64,000 bases of DNA from the NCBI RefSeq assembly GCF_009914755.1, contig NC_060937.1; one strand, 5' to 3'. This DNA is from the human T2T-CHM13v2.0 reference genome, Homo sapiens. Below, in pieces: positions 1-12,974 of this stretch (its first letter is position 1; every line of letters begins with the position of its first letter). Made by a program: the position numbers and the translations under genes. The notes below the pieces were generated by a model. The model made no database searches and was not told the origin of the DNA. It saw only the letters and a program-made list of their open reading frames with translations.

Positions 1-463
1 GTTTATTGCGGCACTATTCACAATAGCAAAGACTTGGAACCAACCCAAATGTCCAACAATGATAGACTGGATTAAGCAAATGTGGCACATATACACCATG
101 GAATATTATGCAGCCATAAAAAATGATGAGCTCATGTCCTTTGCAGGGACATGGATGAAGCTGGAAACCATCATTCTCAGCAAACTATCGCAAGGACAAA
201 AAACCAGACACCGCATGTTCTCACTCATAGGTGGGAATAGAACAATGAGAACACACGGACACAGGAAGGGGAACATCACACACTGGGGCCTGTTGTGGGG
301 TGGGGGGGAGGGGGGAGGGATGGCATTAGGAGATATACCTAATGTGAAATGACGAGTTATTGGGTGCAGCACACCAACATGGCACATGTATACATATGTA
401 ACTAACCTGCACGTTGTGCACATGTACCCTAAAACTTGAAGTATAATAAAAAAATAAATAAAA
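1..463 (+). mobile_element. L1PA 3' end (ORF2 tail, 3'UTR, A-tail); continues beyond the window start
   Basis: ORF2 C-terminal text (MWHIYTMEYYAAIK), G-rich 3'UTR tract, GTACCCTAAAACTT terminus and A-rich tail at ~445-463. Confidence 0.95.
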
Positions 464-1290
464 TATCAAGAATAATTACAAACTTCTTTAGTGCAGTGAG
501 ATGATAGCCTGAAGTGTTAATCGGTGCTTTATTCCTTGGTCTTTCTTGTGACTTTGTGCTCCCTAGTCAGACAGCAGAGAAGGTAGTACCAACAGTTCTC
601 AAGGTATGTTCATTATAGCAGTGCAAAGAATAACAAGTAAAGGCCTTAACTAACAAAAAAAGTCAATGTTCAGTTTCAGATTCTCAAACACACACTTGAC
701 ATTCATGGCAAGGATAGTAGTGTAAGAGAAAGAGGTTTTGAGTTGTAAGAAAATTGATGTCAAAATCAGAACACTGAAGTCTATGCCAAAGACGAGAGGC
801 ATGGAATAATATTGGACAGATCCAGGTAGCCCACCTTCCTAGACTAGATAATGTTACTGCAGTTTGGGGAAACAATAGAAAAAAAGAGCCATGGTTAGAG
901 GATGGTATGAGGGAATAAAGAACTCCATGCGCACACTTAAGGATACAGGAGTGCATTGCAACTTTGCTTTGTTCCTGGGTGGATCTAGGAGAGGGGTAAG
1001 GTTTCCAATTTTTTCCACATCATGGTGCGGGTCATAGTATCTAGGCAACATGACATGGATAACATCCAAAACATTGCCCTGTTTTTAAGATGGTCACAGA
1101 AACAGGTAGAGAAGGCTGTTGGGCCTGCAGAGCCCCAAGGTTAGCACAAGGGTGACAGAGAAATAGTTCAGGAGTGTAGATTGAAGACCAAATGGAACTG
1201 AGGTCATTGGTGGGTGTTAGCTATATAGATGTCTCACACTAGGGGCCAGTGAGAGCAAGGACCAGCAAGATATACCAGCATGGACAGATT

Positions 1291-1335
1291 GGGGCAGGGT
1301 GGTGGTCAGAAGTCATCTGACCACCACCCTGCCCC
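1291..1335. repeat. Perfect inverted repeat, 20-bp arms with 5-nt loop
   Basis: GGGGCAGGGTGGTGGTCAGA-agtca-TCTGACCACCACCCTGCCCC. Confidence 0.97.
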
Positions 1336-2677
1336 CATGCCTGGATATTAGAGATCCTTTTGCATCTTAGAATCAATCTCAGAGAAATGGAAAGAGAATG
1401 GGGAAAATGTTCTGAACTGGCAGAGGAAATTCTACTTGACTAGCATTAATTTTATGTCATTCATAGGATAACGGCACAAGAAAGAAATTTAGTTATGGAA
1501 AAATATATATATTTTTTATTTTAAGTTTTGGGATACATGTGCAGAATGTGCGGTTTGTTACATAGGTATACATGTGCCATGGTGGTTTGTTGCACCTACT
1601 GACCCATCCTCGAAGTTCCCTCCCCTTGCCCCCCACCCCCGAAAAGGCCCTGGTGTGTGATGTTCCCCTCCCTGTGTCCATGTGTTCTCATTGTTCAACT
1701 CCCACTTATGAGTGAGAAGATGCAGTGTTTGGTTTTCTGTTCCTGTGTTAGTTTGCTGAGGATGATGGCTTCCAGCTTCATCCATGTCCCTGCAAAGGAC
1801 ATGATCTCATTCCTTTTTATGGCTGCATAGTATTCCATGGGGTATACGTATCACATTTTCTTATCCAGTCTATCATTAATGGGCATTTGGGTTGGTTCCA
1901 TGACTTTGCTATTGTAAATAGTAATGCATATGTGTGCATGTGTCTTCATAGCAGAATGATTTATATTCCTATGTATTCCTTTGGGTATATACCTAGTAAT
2001 GGGATTGCTGGGCCAAATGGTATTTCTGGTTCTAGATCCTTGGGGAATCGCCATACTGCTTTCCACAATGGTTGAAATAATTTACATTCTCACCAACAGT
2101 GTAAAAGGATTCTTATTTCTCCACAGCCTTGCCAGCATCTATTGTTTCTTGACTTTTTAATAATTACCATTCTGACTGGTGTGAAATGGTATCTGATTGT
2201 GGTTTTGATTTACATTTCTCTAATGATCAGTGAGGTTGAGCTTTTTTTCATATGTTTCTTGGTTGCATAAATGTCTTCTTTTGAGAAGTGTCTGTTCATA
2301 TCCTTTGCCCACTTTTTGATGGAGTTGTTTTTTTCTTGTAAATTTATTTAAGTTCCTTGTAAATTCTGGATGTTGGACCTTTATCAGATGGGTAGAATGC
2401 AAAAACTTTCTCCCATTCTGTAGGTTGCCTGTTCACTCTGATGATAGTTTATTTTGCTGTGCAGAAGCTCTTTAGTTTAATTAGATCCCATTTGTCAATT
2501 TTGGCTTTTGATGCAATTCCTTTGGGCATTTTCATCATGAAGTCTTTGCCCATGACTATGTCCTGAATGGTACTGCCTAGGTTTTCTTCTAGGGTTTTTA
2601 TGATTTTGAGTTTAAGTCTTTAGTCCATTTTGAGTTAATTTTTGTACAAGGTGTAAGGAAGGGTCCAGTTTCAGTTT

Positions 2678-3529
2678 TCAGCATATGGCTAGCCAGTTTT
2701 CCCAGCACCATTTATTGAATAGGAGATCCTTTCCCCATTGCTCATTTTTGTCAGGTTTGTCAAAGATCAGATGGTCATAGATGTGTGGTTTTATTTCTGA
2801 GGTCTCTGTTTTGTTCCATTGGTCTATATGTCTGTTTTGGTACCAGTACCTTGCTGTTTTGATTACTGTAGCCTTGTAGTATAGTTTGAAGTCAGGTAGC
2901 ATGATGGTTCCAGCTTTGTTCTTTTTGCTTAGGATTGTCTTGGCTATATGGGGTCTTCTTTGATTCCATATGAAATTTAAAGTAGTTTTTTCTAATTCTG
3001 TGAAGAATGTCAGTGGTAGTTTAATGGGAATAGCATTGAATCTATAAATTACTTTGGGCAGTATAGCCATTTTTACGATACTGATTCTTACTATCTGTGA
3101 GAATGGAATGTTTTTCCATTTGTTTGTGTCCTCTCTTATTTCTTTAAGCAGTGGTTTGTAGTTCTCCTTGAAGAGGTCCTTCACATCCCTTGTTAGCGGT
3201 ATTCCCAGGTATTTTATTCTCTTTGTAGCAATTGTGAATGGGAGTTCATTCATGATTTGGCTCTCTGCTTGTCTATTGTTGGTGTAAAGGAATGCTTGTG
3301 ATGTTTGCACATTGATTTTGTATCCCGAGACTTTGCTGAAGTTGCTTATCAGCCTAAGGAGTTTTGGGGCTGAGATGATGGGGTTTTCTAAATATGGAAT
3401 CATGTCATTTGTAAACAAAGACAATTTGACTTCCTCTCTTCCTGTCTGAATACTCTTTCTTTCTCTTGCCTGATAGCCCTGGCCAGAACTTCCAATACTA
3501 TGTTGAATAAGAGTGGTGATAGAGGGCAT
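2678..3529 (-). pseudogene. L1 ORF2p remnant (RT/thumb region)
   Basis: 283-aa ORF matches L1 ORF2p ([27 protein letters not shown]); catalytic FADD is altered to FTND; flanked by frameshifts. Confidence 0.9.
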
Positions 3530-4201
3530 CCATGTCTTGTGCTGGTTCTTAAAGGGAATGCTTCCAGCTTTTGCTCATTAAGTATGATATTGGCTGTGGG
3601 TTTGTCATAAATAGTTCTTATTATTTTGAGATATGTTCCATCAATACCTAGTTTATTGAGAATTTCTAACATGAAGGAATGTTAAATTTTATCAAAGGCC
3701 TTTTCTGCTTATATTGAGATAATCATGTGGTTTTTGTCTTTGGTTCTGTTTATATGATGGATTACACTTATTGATTTGCATATGTTGAACTAGCCTTGCA
3801 TCCCAGGGATGAAGCCAACTTGATAGCAGTGGATAAGTTTTTTGCTGTGCTGCTGCATTCATTTTTGCATCAATGTTCATGAAGTTTTCATGAACTGAAA
3901 TGGCCTGAAGTTTTCTTTTTTTGTTGTGTCTCTGCCAGGTTTTGGTATCAGGATGATGCTGGCTTCATAAAATAAGTTAGGGAGGAGTCCCTCCTTTTCA
4001 ATTGTTTGGAATGGTTTCAGAAGGAATGGTACCAGCTCCTCTTTGTTCCTCTGGTAGAATTCAGCTGTGAATACGTCTGGTCCTGGGCTTTTTTTGGTTG
4101 CTAAGCTATTAATTACTGCCTCAATTTCAGAACTTGTTATTGGTCTATTCAGAGATTTGACTCCTTCCTGGCTTGGGAAGATGTATGTGTCCAGGAATTT
4201 A

Positions 4202-4390
<189 letters not shown>

Positions 4391-5809
4391 CTACATTAGT
4401 TTAGCTAGTGGTCTATTTTGTTAATAATTTCAAAAAGCCAGCTCCTGTATTCATTGATTTTTTTGGAGGGTTTTTTCTTGTCTCTATCTCCTTCAGTTCT
4501 GCTCTGATCTTAGGTATTTCTTGCCTTCTGCTAGCTTCTGGATTAATTTGCTCTTGCTTCTCTAGTTCATTTAATTTTGATGTTAGGGTGTCTATTTGAG
4601 GTCTTTCTAGCTTTCTGATGTGGGCATTTAGTGCTATAAATTTCCCTCTACACACTGCTTTAGCTGTGTCCCAGAGATTCGGGTACGTTGTCTCTTTGTT
4701 CTCATTGGTTTCAAAGAATTTCTTGATTTCTGCCTTAATTATTTACGTAGGAGTCATTTAGGAGCATGTTGTTCAATTTCTATGTAGTTTTATGGTTTTG
4801 AGGGAGTTTCTTAATACTGAGTTCTAATTTGATTGCGCTGTGGTCTGAGAGTCTGTTAGTTATTATTTTAGGTTTTTTTTTCTGCATTTGCTGAGGAGTG
4901 TTTTCTTCCAATTATGTAGTCGATTTTAGCATAAGTGCTATGTGGCACTGAGAAGAAAGTATATTCTGTTAATTTTGGGGTGGAGAGTTCTGTAGATGTC
5001 TATTAGGTCCATTTGATCCAGAGCTGAGTTCAGGTCTTGAATATCCTTTTCAATTTTCTGTCTCATGATCTATTATTGATAGTGGGGTGTTAAAGTCTCC
5101 CACTATTATTGTGTGGGAGTCTAAGTCTCTTTGTAGGTCTCTAAGAACTTGTTTTATGAATCTGGATGCTCCTGTATTGGGTGAATATATATTTAGGATA
5201 GTTAGCTCTTCTTGTTGAATTGATCCATTGACCATTATGTAATGCCCTTCTTTGTCTTTTTTGATCTTTGTTGGTTTAAAGTCTGTTTTGTCAGAGACTA
5301 GGATTGCAACCCCTGTTTTTTATGCTTTCCATATGCTTGGTAAAATTTCCTCCATCTTTTTATTTTGAGCATATGTGTGTCTTTGCCTGTGAGATGGGTG
5401 TCTTGAATACAGCACACCAATGGGTCTTGACTCTTTATCCAATTTGCCATTCTGTGTCTTTTAAATGGGGCATTTAGTTCATTTACATTTAAAGTTAATA
5501 TTGTTATGTGTGAATTTGATCCTGTCACCATGATACTATCTGGTTATTTTGCACACTGCTTGATGCACTTTCTTCATAGTGTCATTGGTCTTTATATTTT
5601 GGTGTGTTTTTGCAGTGGTTGGTACCTGTTTTTCCCTTCTGTATTTAGTGCTTCCTTCAGGAGCTCTTGTAAGGCAGGTCTGGTGTTGACAAAATCCCTC
5701 AGCATTTGCTTGTCTGAAAAGGATTTTATTTCTCCTTTACTTATGAAGCTCATTTGGCTGGATATGAAATTCTGGATGGAGTGTTTTTTCTTTAAGAATG
5801 TTGAATATT

Positions 5810-6167
<358 letters not shown>

Positions 6168-8579
6168 TTAGTCTGATGGGCTTCCCTTTGTAGGTGACCT
6201 GGCCTTTCTCTCTGACTGCCCTTAACATTTTTTCCTGATTTCGACCTTGGAGAATCTGATGATTATGTGTCTTGGGGTTGATCTTCTCATAGAGTATCTT
6301 AGTGGTGGTCCCCATATTTCCTGAATTTGCATGTTGGCCTGTCTTGCTATGTTGGGGAATTTCTCCTGGATAATATCCTGAAGTGTGTTTTCTAGCTCAT
6401 TTCCATTCTCCCTGTCTCCTTCAGGTACTCCAATCAATCATAGGTTCGGTCTTTTTATGTAGTCCCATATTTCTTGGAGGCTTTGTTCATTCCTTTTTAT
6501 TATTTTTCTCTAATCTCGTCTGCATGCCTTATTTCAGCAAGGTGGTCTTCAAACTTTGATATTGTTTCTTCTGCTAGGTCAATTCAGCTATTGATACTTG
6601 TATATAGTTCCCAAAGTTCTCATGCTGTGTTTTTCAGCTCCATCAGGTTGTTTATGTTCCTCTCTAAACTGGTTATTCTAGTTAGCAGCTCCTCTAACCT
6701 TTTATCAAGTTCTTAGCTTCTTTGCACTGGGTTAGAACATGTTCTTTTAGCTCATTGGAGTTTTTTATTATCCATCTTCTGAAGCCTACTTCTGTCAATT
6801 CATCCATCTGATACTCCATTAAGTTCTGTGCCCTTGATGGAGAGACACTGTGATCATTTGAAGGAGAAGAGGCACTCTGACCTTTTGGGTTTTCAGCATT
6901 TTTTCATTGATTCTTTCTCATCTTCATTAGTTTGTCTAGTTTTGGTCTTTGAGGCCCTTGGATGCGGTTTTTCTGGGGGATTTTTGTTGTTATTGTTGAA
7001 GCTGTTGTTGTTGCCTTCTGCTTGTTTGTTTTTCTTTTAATAGTTGGATCCCTCTTCTGTAGGGCTGCTGCAGTTTGCTGGGGGTTCACTTCAGGCCCTA
7101 TTTATCTGATTTGCTCCCATGCCTGGAAATGTCACTCAAGGATGCTGGAGAACAGCAAAGATGGGTGCCTGCTCCTTTTTCTTGGACCTCTGACCTCGAG
7201 GGGCACCAACCTGATACCAGTAGGATTGCTTCTGTATAAGGTGTCTGACAACTCCTGTTGGAGGGTCTCACCCAGTTGGGTGGCATGGGGAATAGGACTC
7301 ATTTAATGAAGCACTTTGTCCCTTGGTGGAGGGGGTGTGCTTCGCTGGGGGAAACCCACTAGTCTGGGCTGCCCAGATTCCTCAGAACTACCAGGAGGAA
7401 AGGCTAAGTCTGCTTGTCTGCAGAGACTGTGAGCACTGTCCTTCTAGGGGCTCAGGCCCAGGGGGATCAGGGTTCTGTCCCTGAGCCTCTGGCTGGAGTT
7501 GTTGGAGCTCCTGCAGGGAGGCCCCACCCAGTGAGGATGGATGAGTCACGGTCAGGCCTAAAGAGGCGCTCTGGCCGCAGTCTGCCACAGCCAGTGTGTT
7601 GGGCTGTGGGGGACACCTCTTGGGACCAGGCCATCCAGCCTCCCTGGCTCCAGCAGGGTAAAAGCACAGCCTGGAGCTATAGAGATGGATGCCACCCTTC
7701 CCCTGCCCAGGGAGCTTAGCAAGTTAGGCAGTTATGAGTCCCAGTGCTGGCTGCTGCCTCTGTCCCAAGGAGCTCAAACAGCTTAGACAGCAGGCAGCCA
7801 CAGCTGTGGTACTGGTTGCCCCTCCCACTGGGAACTTGGCAGGCTTAAGCAGATTGTAGCTGTTGAGAATCTGTGCAGCTCCAGGGTTGGGATCCTAGGC
7901 CCCAGTGGCATGGGTTTGAGAGTGGGATATGCCAGTCCATGGGTTGCACAGTTCTATGGAAAAAGCAGTTTTCCCGGCTGGGTAGCATGCTCACTCACCA
8001 CCTCCCTCCGCTGGGGGTTGGGGGCTCCCTTGCCCTGTGTGGCTGTCAGGTGGGCACCATACTGCTCTTCCTTCCTCCCTGTGGATCATGCCAGCCGCCT
8101 AGTCAGTTCTGATGAAAGAACCTGGATACCATGGTTGCCAGTGCAGGATTTACATGCTATTATGGTTCTTTTTGATGGGAGCTTCTGATTGCTACTGCTG
8201 CTGACTGCTACTCCTTCTAGTCAGCCATCTTTTCACTTTCTGGAAAAATATTTTTTACATGCCTGAATTGCAGCCTATGAGATTCAGTGTCTCTACATAG
8301 TTATTAGTGTAAAGACCTAGTCAAAAATTTATATCAGAATCTTACACATTCAAATAAAATAAAATATCTTAAAGTATATATAAAAGTTTAAATATCAACC
8401 TTTGGGGAGGAGGTTTTCACTTTATAGCTTAGTTCCATCAAGATGTAATACATTTGGAAAAGGTTCCCATTCTAATTTCAACAGTGTTCTTGTGAAATAA
8501 ATGTCAGTGCTATTACAGTAGTTTTCTTGGTGGAGAAAAAAATACTGTAATGTAAAACTAAGTTTAAATGAAGACCTTG

Positions 8580-9030
8580 ATTCAGAAGAGCCAATAGGCT
8601 ACAGCTAGGTTTTGCCCTCCCCTTTCTGGGAAAATCTAAATCCTAAATACTGGGTCCCTGTAATGATGCCTCTGCATCTGTTTCTATGAGAAGAGCCTTC
8701 CCCATAAACCATGGATGTGCTATTTCAGCTGTTGTGTTTCTACAGTCCCATGGCCATAGATAATTGGCTCAAAGGTGGACAACTGACCCAAGCCAGGTCA
8801 ATCTGATTTTCTCTTCTGGAAATTCAAAATGTAAAATACACAGACTAGGAGTTTTAGTAGCTGAGACGTATGTGGGGAGGTAGGAACTCATGTACTGAGG
8901 TTCCCACTGGAGTCTTGAAGCCTTGATTTTCAAAAATCTTTGAATTTCATGAGCCAGTCTAAAAATCTTTCCATTGTTTTTCCTTAAGTTAGCTACATTG
9001 GTTTTTGGTACTTAAAACTGAAAGAGTCCC
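8580..9030 (+). mobile_element. Old ERVL-type LTR (LTR33/LTR16-like)
   Basis: CTGACCCAAGCCAGGTCAATC and a terminal TAAGTTAGCT...GGTTTTTGGTACTTAAAACTGAAAGAGTCC resembling the family 3' end. Confidence 0.5.
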
Positions 9031-9542
9031 AAATCATTCTTCTTACAATAATATCTTCACTTAATGAAAAGAAAGAATTGACCTTAGGCAACAAGGCCCT
9101 ACTACGATGTCTTGGGTGAAATCAGATTTTGACTGGGGTGGTGGCCTCTGTCCCTGGATATACAAGACTTTTCACATCCCTCTTCAAACACATACAGAAC
9201 ACACATAATACAAAGTGTTCTTTCTGAAATCAGCTCACAAATGTTGATGAGCCAGACCTATACAACTTAGCCCTTATCCCAGATTATAGTTGAAAATATT
9301 CTTGAAAGCTTTTAAAATCTGATTTAGAGAACATTCATATCTGCAGATGTGTTTAGAAAATGTTCGGGTGACTTGAAAGTAAAATTAAGATTCCAGGTGC
9401 TCTTTTATGGCTTATTCCTGCCAATTCTGTAAATTGTACATTTTTTATGATTACAGAAGAAAAATAATAAAGGTGTTTTAGAGAGCACTTATGGGACAGC
9501 ACATCCTCCTGCACAGCTGCTTTTTTTTTTTTTGGTTCTCAG

Positions 9543-9663
9543 CTCTGTCCCCTGGAGTGACCCATCCAGACCAGTGGTCAATGCCTTGCCCATCAGGAAA
9601 CCCCTCATCCCAGTCAGTCCTATTACTTTTGATTTTGTCTCTCTTTCCTTTTCCATGGATACT
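9543..9663 (+). other. Candidate non-coding exon
   Basis: T13-GGTTCTCAG acceptor and ACT|GTAAGT donor; splice motifs only. Confidence 0.2.
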
Positions 9664-9769
9664 GTAAGTGTACTATTTAGGTAGAAGGGAACACAAATAT
9701 TTTAATTATAAAGTTTTATTTATAAAATTTAAAAGCTTGCAGAATGAACTGTGAGATGCCTGGTTTTTG

Positions 9770-10680
9770 TCTGAGATATAAAAAGCTTGGAAGTCACCAT
9801 GGTTGTCCTCACAATAAGACAAAGCTAATCAAACTGAAAGCTATCAAAACTAACAGTTCTTAGATCCGTCACAAGATTGAGGTAATGGGGCCAGATGTTG
9901 CCCACAAAATTGGAGAGACAGGCAAATACAGAGAATCATAGCTTACTGTGAGCAGAAGCCAGTATTGGGTAGGAAAACTTGAACTATAATTGACAAATTA
10001 CTGGACGAACTTAAGAGTTAAACACTCTGGAGGACAAGTTTTAGGGGTTTTCCATTTTTTTGTGTGTGAATTTTACTTCCAGGAGCCCCACTGGGCTCTC
10101 AGCATGCATATTAGAGAAAAATCTGGTAGAGTGAAAGGGAGTGGCCATTTTGAAATATGCCCAGAACATTCTGTTTCTCTCAAGGGAAATTATTATACCA
10201 GAACCTAATTATCATGGGTTTCATTAGAGCCTAACTGATCTAGAGGAAGGGCAATATACAACTTCATCCCCCTCTAGCCTTTCTATTTTACCTAAAGATG
10301 AAAAAACATTGACAAGCACTGTGAAGGTCACAGCCCAGGGACACAGGCTCACAAAGACAAGGACCTAATGAGGGGAGAAAGTTTCCCCTCTCCTATGCAT
10401 TACCATGCATTACCACCACATAAATCAGGCCCCTGTATATATAATAATGGGGAATTACACCTGAACGGACTGCAAACCTCGGACTCTATTTAAGCAAGAG
10501 TCTCTAGGGAAGCCCAAAGACAGCAGAGGAGGAAAAAATGAGGACATTAGGAAAAATTTTAGCTTCTGACACCTATGTCTACAGCAAACAATTAATACAG
10601 CCTAACTCCTAGCCAGACAAACATAAAATCTCACATTAAAGACCTATTTACTTCATCACATCCAGCTATCAACAAACCAT
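9770..10680 (+). mobile_element. Old L1M 5'-region fragment
   Basis: Resembles L1MC/MD 5' sequence (GGTAGGAAAACTTGAACTATAATTGACAAATT; CCAGAACCTAA). Confidence 0.5.
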
Positions 10681-10684
10681 TAGG

Positions 10685-10985
10685 AGCTCTATGTGGCTTG
10701 GGATTCTTCCCAACATGGTGGCTCGGTTCCAAGGTTAATCATCTAGTGAGTAAGATTATATGTGTGTGTGAGAGAGAGATAGAGTGTGCAAGAGAGAGAG
10801 AGACAGAGAGAGAGAGAGGCATTGCCTCATATAATCTACCCTCAGAAGTCATGCAGCTTCATTTTTGTAACATACTATCAGTTGGGACAGTTACAAGGTC
10901 TGTGTGCTGATATCACTTTGTAAGAAGAGCATATGGGATGGGATAGATATTAAGTGTGGCCACCTTTAGAAAATACAATTTGCCA
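10685..10985 (-). mobile_element. MLT1-family MaLR LTR fragment with (GT)n(GA)n tract
   Basis: CAACATGGTGGCT.GGTTCCAAG and CTCAGAAGTCATGCAGC motifs; microsatellite at ~10760-10818. Confidence 0.6.
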
Positions 10986-11071
10986 ATTATGTGTCAGGAC
11001 CTGTTAATACCTTTTTCTGTGCTTTAGAATATTTACTTATGTTCTTTTAGATGATTGAATATAAATTAATG

Positions 11072-11430
<359 letters not shown>

Positions 11431-11489
11431 TCAGGAGTCTAAAAAAGCAGAATGTAATTGGTCATCTTCTTTCATGGTTCAAGATGGTT

Positions 11490-11610
11490 TGCTTGTTCAA
11501 CAAGTATTTATTGGGCATCAGCTGCCAGGCACTAAAGCTAGGTGTGGAGGAGACAGGTGAACAAAACAGAAATGATTTCTGCCCACATTAAGGTAGTGGT
11601 CTGGTTGGTG
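11490..11610 (-). mobile_element. L2 3' fragment
   Basis: TTCAACAAGTATTTATTG...CCAGGCACT motif. Confidence 0.6.
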
Positions 11611-11669
11611 TCAGAAGAATGCATAGCGGCCATCATTTTTGGTTGCAGAGTAAAGACAGAGTTGAAATA

Positions 11670-11990
11670 GTAGAATCATGGATCAGTAAGGGTATAAGGG
11701 ACTTTAATGAGCACCCTCCTTCTTCCATGATGGTCCTGTAGACCAGATGTTTGACCATTCTGTTTTTAAAGCTATCCAGGATATAAAAGAGGAAGTTTCT
11801 ACTGTTAAAGGCTTACTGCAATTTAAGTTCATCCCTCTCTTGTCTGTTCTTATATGAAGCTGTAGAAATGATCAGTGTCTTCCTTACAAAAACTTGTTAT
11901 ATATTAAGTGAATTTATTGAATCATATATTCACTTTTCCTTTTTCTAGCTAAACTTTCTCAACTTTTTGAGCTTTTTCTCATAGGGGTAT
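11670..11990 (-). mobile_element. CR1/L3 fragment (tentative)
   Basis: AGAATCAT... and CTGTTTTTAAAGCTATCCAGG resemble the L3 3' end. Confidence 0.35.
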
Positions 11991-12239
11991 TATCTATTCT
12001 TTAATTTTAATATTTCATATTTATTTTTCTGTAGGGAAACTCAAACTCCACGGATTTTGAGGAAATCTAAAAAGCCAAGGAAGTGAAAGGATAACTTTTT
12101 GGCTTACAAATGTGGCCTTTCTCTGTGGGTACACACTGCCATCAATGGCTTTTAATGTGGCACCATATTGTCTATATGTATTTCAAGTCAGGACAGTTCA
12201 TTGACTCTTCTATTCCTCCTCTTTCTTATCCAACTGGTG

Positions 12240-12514
12240 TTTCTATTTATTAGAGAGAGGGTCTTGCTCTGTTGCCCAGGATGGAATACCATGGTGCAAT
12301 CATGGCTTATGGAAGCCTTGAACTCCGGAGCTCAAGCAATCCTCCCACCTCAGCCTCCTGAATAGCTGCGATTACAAGATACATGTCACCATGCCTGGCT
12401 AATTTTTTAAATTTTTTGAAGAGATGCTGGTCTCAAACTCCTAGGTTCAGGCAATCCTCCTGCTTTGGCCTCCCAAGTGTTGGGATTTATAGGTGTGAGC
12501 TACTGTACCTGGCC
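12240..12514 (-). mobile_element. AluJ, diverged
   Basis: AGGGTCTTGCTCTGTTGCCCAGG, GCTCAAGCAATCCTCCC, ending CCTGGCC. Confidence 0.88.
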
Positions 12515-12732
12515 TTAATTGGCGTATTTAACTTTGCTCCAGTTTTCACTTTGTTCTTGAATGTCCATATTCAACCCTACTATCAGAATTAAAACCTTAT
12601 TGAAAGAGGCTCTGTAATTCTATTTTCCTATTTTGATATTTAAAATATTTTAGCATCCTTTTTGACCTAGGATTGAATGTGTTGAATTTAATTTAGACAA
12701 ACCAGTTCTAAACTCCCTGGACCCAGTTTCCT

Positions 12733-12870
12733 TCACTCAGCACATATTTATGAGTGTCTACTACATGATAGGCACTGTACAAGGTCCTAGAGATTTAATG
12801 CTCAGCAAAAATTGGCATGGTCTCTGCCTTCCCAGAGCCTACAGATTCTGGTTGGGGAGACATTAATTGA
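12733..12870 (-). mobile_element. L2 3' fragment
   Basis: CATATTTATGAGTGTCTAC...AGGCACTGT...GGTCTCTGCCTTC. Confidence 0.6.
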
Positions 12871-12974
12871 ATTACAGACTTCTCAGGAAAATGCTTGCTT
12901 CATATGAGGCAGAACAGTGTGCTTACTCTTATGGAAAGATTTGAGGGTTGGGACAGAGAGCCTGATTTTTTTTG

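Noticed and set aside
464-1490. Possible ancient LTR hosting the hairpin
   Set aside because: I could not assign a family or termini with confidence.
2678-3529. 283-aa ORF as a functional gene
   Set aside because: Fragment of L1 ORF2 with a mutated catalytic motif and surrounding frameshifts.
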